Assembly: GCA_900549625.1 (NCBI GenBank)
Contig: URPE01000001.1
Span: 39,842-103,841, forward strand
Reading direction: 5' to 3'
Origin: an uncultured Mycoplasmatota bacterium
GTDB taxonomy: Bacteria > Bacillota_I > Bacilli_A > RF39 > UBA660
DNA: 64,000 nucleotides
This document shows positions 9,030-18,750 of the stretch, one piece after another. The notes under the pieces were generated by a model. The model was not told where the DNA came from, did not search any database, and was given only the letters and a program-made list of their open reading frames with translations. Both the position numbers and the translations under genes were made by a program. The first letter of the stretch is position 1. The number at the start of each line of letters is the position of its first letter.

Positions 9030-11267
9030 ATGGAAAATAACGAAAATAACGAAAATTTAGAAACTACTAAAGAAATACTATCTTTAAAAGATTTTGCTTT
9101 AGAAGCTACTAATAATGAAGAAAGTGTAGTATTACCAATCATTGAAGAAGCCCCGATTGAAGCTTTAGATGAAAATATGGAAGAGTCTAACTTAGTCTTT
9201 GATACTGTTGTAAAAACTAAGGAAGATATTGCTAAAAATGAAAATGAAGAACAAAAGACAAAAAAGAATATCTTTAAAACCTTAAAAGATAAATGGTCTA
9301 AATTAGACAAAAAGAAAAAAATAATAGTAATTGTTGTAACACTTATTTTAATAATTCTAATCTTTCTTGGTATTATCTTACTTGTTACTAATAATAAAGG
9401 TGATAAATCACCAGCGGAAAATATTGTTCTAGAAAGCGATAACTATCGTTATGAAAATGGTAAATTGATATTTCTAGATAATGATAAAGAAATAGGTGAG
9501 TATGAATGTAAAAATAAAGATGAAAATAGTTGTGCAGTATTCACTATTACTAGTCATGATAAACTTGATAATACTATTAAGGTAAATGAAAATAACGAAG
9601 AAATATCTGTTCATGCTAAAATTTATGATGGAACATATGCTTTTATAATTGATCATGGTTCAAGTGATGACAAAAGTATCCTTCTTTATAACATTAAAAA
9701 TAACACTGTTGAAGAAACTGTTTTTGATGTCATAATGTATGGTGATAACTACGTAAGTGTTAAAAATAACGAATCAAAATATGGTTTATTAGAATTTAAA
9801 GATGAAACAGTAAAAACACTTATTCCTTATGATTACGATGAATTAAGTCTTATTACTGAGGGTGATACTTCTATCGTGGTCGTTAAAAAAGATAACAATT
9901 CTTACTTGGCTAGTTTAGATAATAAAATTCTTACTAAAGCTTTTAATGAGACTATTACGGGGGCTAATGCTAATCATGTTAAAACAAAAGATGCTAATGG
10001 TAAATATAATGTTTATGACTATGAAGCCAAAAAAGTAAGTGAAAAAACATATGACTTTGTAAGTCTTTTAGACAATATCATGCTAGTTGTTCGTGATAAT
10101 GCCTTATACGTATATGACTACGAAAACAACAAAATGATGGATGGTAGTCTTTCATTAAATAATGATGCTTATAACAAAATAGAAACTTATAAAAATAAAA
10201 AACTAATTAAAACTAAACAAGCTTATACTTATGAATTAACAGGTAACTTATTAAATATTAACATTTATACCGATGATGACTCTGAAAATCATTCTATTAA
10301 CTTATTAGAAGGTACACTATCAAGTAAACTAGCTTATATGAATTACTTTGCCGGTAAACTTAGTTTCTATGCTGATGAAACAAAGAAAAATAAAATTGGC
10401 GAATACACATGTACTAATCAAAATCAAGTTGATAGTAATACCACTACTTTAAATAATTGCCGTCTAGCAACTGAGTCATTTTTAAGAGAAACAGATTCTA
10501 ATAATAAAGAAAAAGATGCATCCGCGTCTCTCGGTTGGATACCAATTATTGGTAGTAGATATGCTTTCATTACTGATGGTGATACAATAAAACTATATGA
10601 TTTTAAAGATAACAAAGAACTTGCTAATTACAGTGAAGTTGATACATTTAGTTATACTAATGCCTCTGAAATTACTTTCTCTAATGCTTCTAGTGTTTCT
10701 TTTATTGCTAAATCAAAAAGAACTGGTAAATATGGTGTAGCTAAGATAAGTGGCGATGGGGTAAAACCTATCCTTGAATTCCAATTTACAAGTATTAAAG
10801 CATTAGGTAACTACTATGTCGTAGAAGAAGATGGTAAGTATGCCTTGTATAATCTAGAAGGTGAAAAGAAAACTAGTGATTATAATAGTCCTGTAGTTGA
10901 TTACTTAGGATCTTATGTAAAGACTAAAAAAGATAATGCCTACTTTGTTCATGGCTTTAATGAAGAAGTATCAAGTGATTCTTATACTTATGTTGAACTT
11001 TATGATAATTACTATGCTGGTGTTTTACAAAATACGGTTGAAATTTACGATTACAAAGGTAAGTCTATTACTAAAAACTTACCAGAAAAAACTAGAGCTC
11101 AATTAAAACTGCAAATTAATAATTTTTATGGTCAAGGTACTAAGGCATTTGTTGTCACCTTTAAAAGTGGTGAATATGCTACAGTTAAAATTGGTACAGT
11201 AAGTGGTTCTTATGATACAGTGATAATTCCTTTAGATAACGCGAGTTTAGGTGATAATAATGACTAA
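9030..11267 (+). CDS. membrane-anchored WG-repeat (KWG/WG_beta_rep-like) protein
   Basis: Acidic N-terminus, one TM (IIVIVVTLILIILIFLGIILLV), then repeated units of the type KYGLLEFKDETVKTLIPYDYD, KYGVAKISGDGVKPILEFQF and KYALYNLEGEK. Confidence 0.5.
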   Translation: MENNENNENLETTKEILSLKDFALEATNNEESVVLPIIEEAPIEALDENMEESNLVFDTVVKTKEDIAKNENEEQKTKKNIFKTLKDKWSKLDKKKKIIVIVVTLILIILIFLGIILLVTNNKGDKSPAENIVLESDNYRYENGKLIFLDNDKEIGEYECKNKDENSCAVFTITSHDKLDNTIKVNENNEEISVHAKIYDGTYAFIIDHGSSDDKSILLYNIKNNTVEETVFDVIMYGDNYVSVKNNESKYGLLEFKDETVKTLIPYDYDELSLITEGDTSIVVVKKDNNSYLASLDNKILTKAFNETITGANANHVKTKDANGKYNVYDYEAKKVSEKTYDFVSLLDNIMLVVRDNALYVYDYENNKMMDGSLSLNNDAYNKIETYKNKKLIKTKQAYTYELTGNLLNINIYTDDDSENHSINLLEGTLSSKLAYMNYFAGKLSFYADETKKNKIGEYTCTNQNQVDSNTTTLNNCRLATESFLRETDSNNKEKDASASLGWIPIIGSRYAFITDGDTIKLYDFKDNKELANYSEVDTFSYTNASEITFSNASSVSFIAKSKRTGKYGVAKISGDGVKPILEFQFTSIKALGNYYVVEEDGKYALYNLEGEKKTSDYNSPVVDYLGSYVKTKKDNAYFVHGFNEEVSSDSYTYVELYDNYYAGVLQNTVEIYDYKGKSITKNLPEKTRAQLKLQINNFYGQGTKAFVVTFKSGEYATVKIGTVSGSYDTVIIPLDNASLGDNND

Positions 11268-12204
11268 TAAAAAAATAGAAAAGGGGGCCCTTATAACTAC
11301 AATTATTTTACTTGTTATATTTGTCCCTCTTTCTTGCCTTTCAATGTATTTTCATATTAAAGGAACTCCTAAAACAGAAGAAAATATAAATCATGAATTT
11401 CACTTTAATAACAAATTATGGTTTTATAGTAGTGAGGGCACTTTACTAGGGTCTTACAATTGTGAAACAGAAAAATGTGATTATGCTAACTATAGTAGTG
11501 AAGACGAAACTTATTCTATTGACAGTTTAAAATTTAGTGATAATAAAAGTTCTAGTATTAATGACACATTTGCTTTCTTAACAGATGGTACCGAAGATAT
11601 ATTCTTATATAACTTTAAAACAAACCTTAATTTTAAAACAAATCCCTATAAGATTGTTAATAATTACAATACTGGTATAGAAGGGTCTTTATATATAGTT
11701 AAAAACAAAAATGATAAATATGGAGTAATACAACTTCAAAATAATGCTATACCATTAATACCATTTAACTATGATTATATCGGTCTAAAAAATGAATTAG
11801 ATGAAAATGGCCAAGTTATAGCCGATTACTTTATTGTAAAAAAAGATGATAATTGGTTAATAATTGATCAAAAAGAAGCTAAATTAACTGAAGATTTTCA
11901 AGAAGAAATAATTTCCTATACTGGTAAAGAAATTATAACTAAGAATAATGATTACTATCATCTAAAAAATTATCAAAACGAAAACATTTTAACTGATGAT
12001 TTTAGTAAGTTATCTTTCACTGGTAAGTACTTAAATTGTACAACTTTAAATAATGAATTTTATGTATATGATGTTACTACTAATACTGAAATAAGTAATA
12101 GATATTCTATTGATAGTGATACATTGATTAAGACCGTAATAAATGATGCCAATAATCTAGAAATTTATATTGATGATAATTTAGTTGAAACAGTTTTATT
12201 ATAA
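11260..12204 (+). CDS. membrane-anchored WG-repeat protein (smaller paralogue of the preceding gene)
   Basis: N-terminal TM plus KYGVIQLQNNAIPLIPFNYDYIG-type repeats. ATG 11260 lies behind AGGTG and overlaps the end of the upstream gene. Confidence 0.5.
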   Translation: MTNKKIEKGALITTIILLVIFVPLSCLSMYFHIKGTPKTEENINHEFHFNNKLWFYSSEGTLLGSYNCETEKCDYANYSSEDETYSIDSLKFSDNKSSSINDTFAFLTDGTEDIFLYNFKTNLNFKTNPYKIVNNYNTGIEGSLYIVKNKNDKYGVIQLQNNAIPLIPFNYDYIGLKNELDENGQVIADYFIVKKDDNWLIIDQKEAKLTEDFQEEIISYTGKEIITKNNDYYHLKNYQNENILTDDFSKLSFTGKYLNCTTLNNEFYVYDVTTNTEISNRYSIDSDTLIKTVINDANNLEIYIDDNLVETVLL

Positions 12205-12276
12205 AATCTACATTAATGTAGGTTTTTTCTTTAATTTAAAACAAATGTATGATATTATATTGCTGGTGATATAAAA

Positions 12277-12831
12277 ATGTATAATTATATAGTTGGTAAA
12301 ATAACAGATATAGAATCAAGTTACATAGTACTAGAGTGTAGTGGTATTGGTTATCAAATTTATGTTTCTAATCCTTATCAGTTTGAAATAGATAAAGAAA
12401 CTAATGTATATGTATATACCCAGATAAAAGAAGACGAACATAATTTATATGGCTTTAAAACTAAAGAAGAAAAAGAATTGTTTTTAAAACTTATTAATGT
12501 TAAAGGTGTTGGACCTAAACTTGTAATGCCTATGCTTGCCACTGGTAGTGTAAGTGGTATTGTTGATGCCATAGATAGAGAAAATATCCTATACTTAAAA
12601 AAATTTCCTAAAGTAGGGGAGAAAGTTGCAAGACAAATTATTCTCGATTTAAAAGGAAAACTTGCTAAGACTAGTGATAACGCAAGCATCGGTGGTTTTG
12701 AAGAATTAGTAAGTGTTCTAGAGGGCTTAGGATATAAAGTGGCTGATATTAAAAAGATACTGCCTAATTTAAATCCAACCGATGAAATAGAATTGCAAGT
12801 TAAAGAAGCATTAAAATTATTACTTAAATAG
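12277..12831 (+). CDS. ruvA: Holliday junction branch migration complex subunit RuvA
   Basis: MYNYIVGKI..GIGYQIYV N-terminus, HhH motifs (LINVKGVGPK, KFPKVGEKVARQIILDLKGK), immediately upstream of ruvB. Confidence 0.9.
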   Translation: MYNYIVGKITDIESSYIVLECSGIGYQIYVSNPYQFEIDKETNVYVYTQIKEDEHNLYGFKTKEEKELFLKLINVKGVGPKLVMPMLATGSVSGIVDAIDRENILYLKKFPKVGEKVARQIILDLKGKLAKTSDNASIGGFEELVSVLEGLGYKVADIKKILPNLNPTDEIELQVKEALKLLLK

Positions 12832-12840
12832 GAGGGTGTT

Positions 12841-13848
12841 ATGGAAGATGATAAAATACTAGAGGCCGAAGAGCAAGAAATTGATAGCAGTTTACAAAAT
12901 ATTAGACCTCAAAGCTTAGATGAATATGTTGGCCAAAAAGAAATAACTGATAATTTAAGAGTATTTATAAAAGCAAGTAAAATTCGTAATGAATCACTTG
13001 ATCATGTGCTTTTATATGGCCCACCAGGTTTAGGTAAAACAACGCTTGCTCATATAATAGCTAACGAACTTGGGGTTGGTATTAAAACTGCATCTGGCCC
13101 ATCAATCGAAAAAAGTGGCGATTTAGCAGCTATTTTATCGACTCTTGAACCAGGTGATGTACTCTTTATTGATGAAATACACAGGATGCCTAAATTTATT
13201 GAAGAAATACTTTATCCTGCCATGGAAGACTTTGAAATGGATTTAGTTTTAAATAATGACGGCAAAAGTAGAAATATAAAAATTGATTTACCCCCATTTA
13301 CTTTAGTTGGGGCGACAACAAGAGCTGGTGATATTTCCTCACCTTTAAGAGACCGATTTGGTATCATTTCTAAATTACAATACTATACAGAAGATGAATT
13401 ATTACAGATAGTTACAAGAACAAGTAAAGTTCTTAATATGCCAATTGATGAAGACGCTGCGAGATTAATTGCTAAGCGTTGTCGTAAAACACCAAGAATT
13501 GCCAATCGTTTATTTAAACGTGTTCGTGATTTTGCTTTAGTAAGTGGGGCAGATAAAATAGAATATGATATGGCTAACGAATCTTTAAAACGTCTAAAAG
13601 TAGATGAATATGGTCTTGATTCCATTGATATTGAATACTTAAAAAGTTTAATTACTAAGTTTAACGGCGGACCTGTTGGCGTTGAAACTATCGCTACTAG
13701 TATAGGGGAAGAAGTATCCACAATAGAGGATGTTGTAGAACCATTCTTATTACAAGAAGGCTTTATTAAACGAACACCTAGAGGACGTATGGCAGAAGAA
13801 AAAGCGTATGACCATTTAAAAATTGATCATATGACTTCACTATTTTAA
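12841..13848 (+). CDS. ruvB: Holliday junction DNA helicase RuvB
   Basis: [11 protein letters not shown], Walker [10 protein letters not shown], Walker B LFIDEIHR, sensor [10 protein letters not shown]. Full length at 335 aa. Confidence 0.95.
   Translation: MEDDKILEAEEQEIDSSLQNIRPQSLDEYVGQKEITDNLRVFIKASKIRNESLDHVLLYGPPGLGKTTLAHIIANELGVGIKTASGPSIEKSGDLAAILSTLEPGDVLFIDEIHRMPKFIEEILYPAMEDFEMDLVLNNDGKSRNIKIDLPPFTLVGATTRAGDISSPLRDRFGIISKLQYYTEDELLQIVTRTSKVLNMPIDEDAARLIAKRCRKTPRIANRLFKRVRDFALVSGADKIEYDMANESLKRLKVDEYGLDSIDIEYLKSLITKFNGGPVGVETIATSIGEEVSTIEDVVEPFLLQEGFIKRTPRGRMAEEKAYDHLKIDHMTSLF
13531..13848 (+). repeat. direct repeat copy 1 (3' end of intact ruvB)
   Basis: Matches 17304-17621 at a constant offset of 3773 with no indels. 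The first 275 bp are identical. There are six substitutions, all in the last 43 bp. Confidence 0.9.
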
Positions 13849-14397
13849 AAGGTATACCTATATAAAAAATAAACTAATTATTGATGAAGGGTCAAAAGAG
13901 AGTGGTAAAACACTCATTAACGGATGACTTAAGAAAAAATGTTGCTAGTGCTAATTTATACCGCTTATCCGGACAGAAAGATAAAAGCTTGATAGGCTTA
14001 AAACATAGTGAGAAAATGTATAAATCACTATTGAAATATCTCCATTCTATGGAAGATGTACCCATGGATTTAATATTTAAAAGATCCAAATTTATATACT
14101 GAACGTTTAAAAAGAAATCATTATCAAAACATTAGTTCAATTAACAGCGTTAATCAAGAGAATATATATTTGCAAATTAGTGAAAAATTAAAAGAAAACA
14201 CTAAATTTAATATTAATGTTATTGCTATGGATGATTTTGATGAGGCTTACAAAGAAGTAAGAAAAAATCTTGATATTTAATGAAAAAGCAGAAAATAAAG
14301 AATATTGTCATTTATATTAGAGTTAGCATGTAAAGAAAAAATGTAATAAAATATTTGCAAACACAATATTTAAATAATAAAAGTTTTAGGTGATGTT

Positions 14398-15294
14398 ATG
14401 TTAAGACAATTTAAGGGAATAAAATGGATAAATAATATGCCACATTTCATTTTATATAATTATGAAAATAATAGTATAGAATATAAAAAAGTGCAAGGGA
14501 TTATAGATATAAAAAAAGGAAAGCAAAGAAAATGCAATGGATATTACGATTTGGTTACACATAGATACATTGCCTGTCCAAATTTTAATAGTAGTGAGTC
14601 AGATAATGTTAAACAATGTGAAACATGTTTAAATATTACCGGATTTAATGAATGTCTTGGATGTGATGGTAAATATTGCAGAACTGTCAATAGTATTGCA
14701 AAAAAGTTTTGCACTCAAAAACATGTTGTGTATATTGCTCTATTCGGAAATAATAAATTCAAAGTTGGAACAGCTGCCGAATATAGAAAATACACAAGAA
14801 TATTAGAACAAGGTGCTATAGCATCAATGTTTATTGCTGAAACACTAGATGGTAAACAAGCAAGACTTATAGAACATTCAATATCAAAATTAGGATATGT
14901 GCTTCAGGTAAATTCGGCATTTAAAATGAAGAACTTAATAATTGATATGGATCGGACTGAAATTGAGAATATTTTAAAAGAGCATTACAATAATATTATG
15001 AATGGTATTCCTGATGTATTAAAGAAATATCTTATTTCTCCTGAAATTAATTATTGTGAAAAAATGAATAGGATGAATAAAAGGATTTTTGTGCCAAAAA
15101 AAATGCAGTTATCTCTTCTTGATAATAAAGTTCAAAATACATATAATATTAATTATTTTTTGAATTATGATAGTATATGTGGTAGAATAGTCAACGTTAT
15201 TGGGACTTTTTTAGTAATAAAATCAAATAATGATTTTTTAGTTTACGATACTAAAGAATTAGACGGGTATATTGTAAACATTAAATTAGGTTAG
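14398..15294 (+). CDS. Cys-rich (zinc-ribbon-like) DUF2797-like protein, function unknown
   Basis: Cys cluster (C..C, CETC, CLGC, C, C) followed by HVVYIALFGNNKFKVGTAAEYRKYTRILEQGA. I recall this as the DUF2797-type core (VYLA..KVG..R..QGA), which also resembles GIY-YIG/T5orf172-like cores. SD AGGTG upstream. Confidence 0.45.
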   Translation: MLRQFKGIKWINNMPHFILYNYENNSIEYKKVQGIIDIKKGKQRKCNGYYDLVTHRYIACPNFNSSESDNVKQCETCLNITGFNECLGCDGKYCRTVNSIAKKFCTQKHVVYIALFGNNKFKVGTAAEYRKYTRILEQGAIASMFIAETLDGKQARLIEHSISKLGYVLQVNSAFKMKNLIIDMDRTEIENILKEHYNNIMNGIPDVLKKYLISPEINYCEKMNRMNKRIFVPKKMQLSLLDNKVQNTYNINYFLNYDSICGRIVNVIGTFLVIKSNNDFLVYDTKELDGYIVNIKLG

Positions 15295-15305
15295 GGAGTG
15301 TTTAA

Positions 15306-16343
15306 ATGTTTGATTATCAAGGAATAGATTATAGCAGTATTATTGATTTAGGATGTACTAAGGCAACTTTTGAAAACCATTCGATGAGTCAATCACTTGA
15401 AAGATATATAGAAATGAAATTACAAGATATAATTTTTAGTGATTCGATATATAGGATACATGTAGTTGGTAATTATGATAGGAGCATAGGTGTTTCGACT
15501 AAAGAAAAAAATGATAAAATTTTCAATTATAAGAGACCAACAGTCTTTGTAGATAATGGTGTTGCGACAATTAATTGCTATCCAGGTATAGATTATGTAT
15601 ATCATTATGCAAGTTTAGTAAAAACATATTTGTCTCTTCTTGGAATAGAAAAAATAATTACAGTACAGTTTCCTACGGTTTCAAAAATTGAGAGTCAGTT
15701 AATTAAATCTAATATAAATGAAGTGCCAAAATGTAAAACAGTAATATTGGGTTATGTGCAAGGCTTTGAGTACTTATCCAGTACAGAAAATTGGCTTGGG
15801 ACTGGAGATTTTCTATGGAAATTAATAACTGATGATAAAATATTAGTTGGCTGTAAGCATAGTTATTGGGGGGATATTTCAGGCTATATTGTTGCTGCCT
15901 TAGCACGAAAAGGCGTTGAAAGAGTTATATATGTTGGAAAACTTGGAACATTAAATGAAAAATATGCACCGAATGAGACAATTGCCACTGGAAACAAAAG
16001 CATATTTATTGATGGTAGTTTAGTTGAATGGAATAATGTATTTGCTGATTTTAATTATGATACCATTAAGAATGGGGTTCATTTTACGCTGCCTAGTATA
16101 ATTCAAGAAACAACAGATTGGGTTCTGCAAAACAAAAATGAAATTGCATTTGTTGATCCAGAAATTGGCCATATGGCTAAATCTGCACTGCAAAACGGAA
16201 TTAGTTATTCCTATTTGCATATTATATCAGACAACTTATCAAAGAAATTCTCTGAAGACTTATCTAATGAAAGAAAAGAAGATGTGCTAATTAAAAGGAA
16301 AAAGTTAATTAAAACAATAGGAGATTGTTTAATGGATATATAA
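15306..16343 (+). CDS. two-domain protein: unknown ~140-aa N-domain plus PNP_UDP_1 (nucleoside phosphorylase/nucleosidase) fold
   Basis: C-terminal half has WGDISGYIVAALARKGVERVIYVGKLGTL and VDPEIGHMAKSALQNGISYSYLHIISDNL. These parallel the G-rich segment and the xEMEaxA...R.ISD segment of MtnN/AMP-nucleosidase-type enzymes. Starts 11 nt after the previous gene, behind GGGAG. Confidence 0.55.
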   Translation: MFDYQGIDYSSIIDLGCTKATFENHSMSQSLERYIEMKLQDIIFSDSIYRIHVVGNYDRSIGVSTKEKNDKIFNYKRPTVFVDNGVATINCYPGIDYVYHYASLVKTYLSLLGIEKIITVQFPTVSKIESQLIKSNINEVPKCKTVILGYVQGFEYLSSTENWLGTGDFLWKLITDDKILVGCKHSYWGDISGYIVAALARKGVERVIYVGKLGTLNEKYAPNETIATGNKSIFIDGSLVEWNNVFADFNYDTIKNGVHFTLPSIIQETTDWVLQNKNEIAFVDPEIGHMAKSALQNGISYSYLHIISDNLSKKFSEDLSNERKEDVLIKRKKLIKTIGDCLMDI

Positions 16344-16345
16344 AA

Positions 16346-16374
16346 ACTGTGTTACTAAACACAGTGATTTTTTT
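16346..16374. terminator. bidirectional hairpin between convergent genes
   Basis: ACTGTGT-tacta-ACACAGT with a T-run on the plus strand and an A-run upstream. Overlaps the last codons of the CYTH gene. Confidence 0.5.
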
Positions 16375-16924
16375 CCATTACAAGTTGTGGGTATCCTGCA
16401 AATATTTGTTTTCCGACATTAATTCCTAACTCTTCTATAGTATCCATAATATATTTCATACTTTCATCTTCGTTATCATATAAATTTGTCTTGAATTCTA
16501 ATTCTATGAAGTCTCCTAAGTTTTCTATAGAATCAATTGATATAATAATATTATTATATTCAAATGAATTTCTTGTTTTTTCAACAACTATTATTTGTTG
16601 AAAATCTAAGGCAATTAACATTTCAAGCATTCCATTATAGTCATCAATTCCAACTTCAATTTCTTTGCAGGAAATTTTATTATTGCCATCACGATTACCC
16701 CAATTTTTGTAATTAATAGTTTTTTCTTTCTTTGTATCTCTTACTCTAAGCCATTCTGAAATAGGTCTTTTTTCGAGGAAATTTTCATGTGCTGGTGTAT
16801 AATATATATCTTTTTGATAGTTATTTTCTTCAACTTTTTTACCTAGTTTTTTTAATTTTACCAATGTATCTTCCTTGTTAATCAAGGGGAATTTTGCTTC
16901 AATTTCTATTCTTTTTCTTTCCAT
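16355..16924 (-). CDS. CYTH-domain protein (class IV adenylate cyclase CyaB / triphosphate tunnel metalloenzyme family)
   Basis: Starts MERKRIEIEAKFPL (ExExK signature) behind GGAGG. Has later acidic strands (LGDFIELEF) and is about 189 aa, typical of CyaB-like proteins. Confidence 0.7.
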   Translation of the reverse strand: MERKRIEIEAKFPLINKEDTLVKLKKLGKKVEENNYQKDIYYTPAHENFLEKRPISEWLRVRDTKKEKTINYKNWGNRDGNNKISCKEIEVGIDDYNGMLEMLIALDFQQIIVVEKTRNSFEYNNIIISIDSIENLGDFIELEFKTNLYDNEDESMKYIMDTIEELGINVGKQIFAGYPQLVMEKNHCV

Positions 16925-16972
16925 ATCATAACCTCCATATAAATTATATAATATTTCACTTTTTAATGTCAA

Positions 16973-17303
16973 TCAACTATCAGCAACAATCAGGTCAAAT
17001 TTTTTTGCTTGTTCGTAATGTGAAAAGTCAGTCATAGGATGATAGTTATCATCAAAATTATATCTAATAGCCCATTTTTCTAAGGGTTTACAATTATTTA
17101 AAATAAAGTCATATAAATATTTGGATGGCTCTAAATGAACAAAATAGGCAAATTCTTTGAAAGATAATTTAAAAGTCAAAATGATTTTTATATAATAATT
17201 AAGATTAGGATAAAGGCGATTTAAATCTTTACTTGGAATATCGTTATTATGAAAGGTGTTTTGTTTTATTGGCGTTTCTTCTTTCTTAATAGCTATAATA
17301 GAA
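16973..17303 (-). pseudogene. 5'-truncated ORF abutting the ruvB' repeat (unknown family)
   Basis: The open frame ..IPSKDLNRLYPNLNYY..KPLEKWAIRYNFDDNYHPMTDFSHYEQAKKFDLIVADS has no plausible start codon or SD before it enters the ruvB-antisense sequence. The 173-aa ORF in the track is a chimera with ruvB antisense. Confidence 0.45.
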
Positions 17304-17621
17304 TTTGCTTTAGTAAGTGGGGCAGATAAAATAGAATATGATATGGCTAACGAATCTTTAAAACGTCTAAAAGTAGATGAATATGGTCTTGATTCCATTG
17401 ATATTGAATACTTAAAAAGTTTAATTACTAAGTTTAACGGCGGACCTGTTGGCGTTGAAACTATCGCTACTAGTATAGGGGAAGAAGTATCCACAATAGA
17501 GGATGTTGTAGAACCATTCTTATTACAAGAAGGCTTTATTAAACGAACACCTAGAGGACGTATGGCAGAAGAAAAAGCATATGACCATTTAAAAATCGAT
17601 CATATGACCTCTTTGTTTTAA
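17304..17621 (+). pseudogene. orphan ruvB 3' fragment (direct repeat copy 2)
   Basis: Encodes the last 105 aa of RuvB ([13 protein letters not shown]...HMTSLF), identical in protein to the intact gene but with six synonymous differences near the stop. Lacks the ATPase domains. Confidence 0.9.
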
Positions 17622-17661
17622 GATTTTTAGGGAATATTATTAAGCTTGAAAGGAGTTAGAC

Positions 17662-18555
17662 ATGAAAAACGAGAATGTAGAAATGAAAATGTGGAGTAGT
17701 CACCCACAAAAGATCGATAACTGGGATACAAATATAGACTATGTTATGTTCATTGACGAAAATGGTAATTCCGGAAAAATTAATGATATATTTAAAAAAA
17801 GACTGTATAACGAAAAAATTTCTGTAGACGAAAAATATTTTACTATTACAGGCGTTATATTTGAAAAAAGTAATTATTCAAAAATGAGAAATGATATTAG
17901 GAAACTTAAGGAAAAATATTGGCAACGTGGTTATTACTATGATTCGAAGCACAAGGATACAAGATATGTTTGCTTGCATTCTAGGGAGATCAGAAACCAT
18001 ACAGGTGCTTTTAATGATAAGGTGATAGATTATGACAAGTTTATAAATGAATTAAGTAACACTTTAGAAAAAATAGAATGTAAAATTATATCAATAACTA
18101 TAAATCTTGAAAATTATATTCTTAAGGATGAGCAAATTCCAGTTTATGATAAGGCTTTCGATTTATTATTAGAGAGGTATGTTTATGCTACAGATAGTCA
18201 TAAAAAAGGTATTATAATGTTTGAGTCAAGAGGAAAAAATGAAGATAAAGATCTTCTTAAGCATATTTCAAATATTATGTTTGCAAAAGGAACAGAGCAT
18301 ATTAAAAATTCAGAATTGCAAGAAAAAATTAAAGGAATTTATTTTAACCCTAAATGGTATGGCGGATATTCTTCAACTTATGCTGGTCTTGAAATCGCTG
18401 ATTTATTTTCTTATCCTATTCATTCCACAATTAAGTTGCGTAAGAAACACCCATCCTTTATTACTATTGAAAAAAAGATAGATTGTTATCCGCATTATGA
18501 AAATAAGGGTATTAAAATTTATCCAAAAGAAAAGGACGATATACATCATCCTTAA
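17662..18555 (+). CDS. DUF3800-family protein
   Basis: N-terminal FIDENGNSG (DUF3800-type DExG motif) and C-terminal GLEIADLFSYPI. SD GGAG upstream. Confidence 0.55.
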   Translation: MKNENVEMKMWSSHPQKIDNWDTNIDYVMFIDENGNSGKINDIFKKRLYNEKISVDEKYFTITGVIFEKSNYSKMRNDIRKLKEKYWQRGYYYDSKHKDTRYVCLHSREIRNHTGAFNDKVIDYDKFINELSNTLEKIECKIISITINLENYILKDEQIPVYDKAFDLLLERYVYATDSHKKGIIMFESRGKNEDKDLLKHISNIMFAKGTEHIKNSELQEKIKGIYFNPKWYGGYSSTYAGLEIADLFSYPIHSTIKLRKKHPSFITIEKKIDCYPHYENKGIKIYPKEKDDIHHP

Positions 18556-18750
18556 CCGTACGAAATACTTCGTACCCCGAAGCGTTCTGCTTCCATGACA
18601 AAATAATAACATAGAAAATACTATTTTGTCAATTATAGTATATACAAAAAAAATAAATATATGCAAATTTTAGATTGTATGCTTTTTCTAAATTTCTTGT
18701 ATTATTCATACAATATGATATAATAGTCAGTACTAGAAAAGAGGTGCATT

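Larger units (their letters stand above)
13849..17303. other. 3.45 kb accessory insert bounded by the ruvB 3'-end duplication (no recombinase gene seen)
   Basis: Lies exactly between the two repeat copies. Contains broken frames (13881-14280), two co-oriented genes, a convergent CYTH gene and a 5'-truncated ORF abutting repeat copy 2. Confidence 0.7.

Noticed and set aside
13383-13721. 112-aa minus-strand ORF inside ruvB, together with its twin forming the N-terminus of the 173-aa ORF 16973-17494
   Set aside because: It is antisense to a strongly supported gene (ruvB) and has no SD. It reappears only because the ruvB 3' end is duplicated. The 173-aa ORF is a chimera of this antisense frame and a truncated real ORF.
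13881-14280. 73-aa TTG-initiated ORF and an adjacent out-of-frame open stretch just after ruvB
   Set aside because: It has no SD, a weak start, no motif, and the reading frame breaks at 14100. It was treated as possible gene debris at the edge of the insert, not as a feature.
18221-18666. 86-aa plus-strand and 87-aa minus-strand ORFs overlapping the 3' part of the DUF3800 gene
   Set aside because: They are alternative-frame or antisense ORFs within or abutting a better-supported gene, with no ribosome-binding sites.
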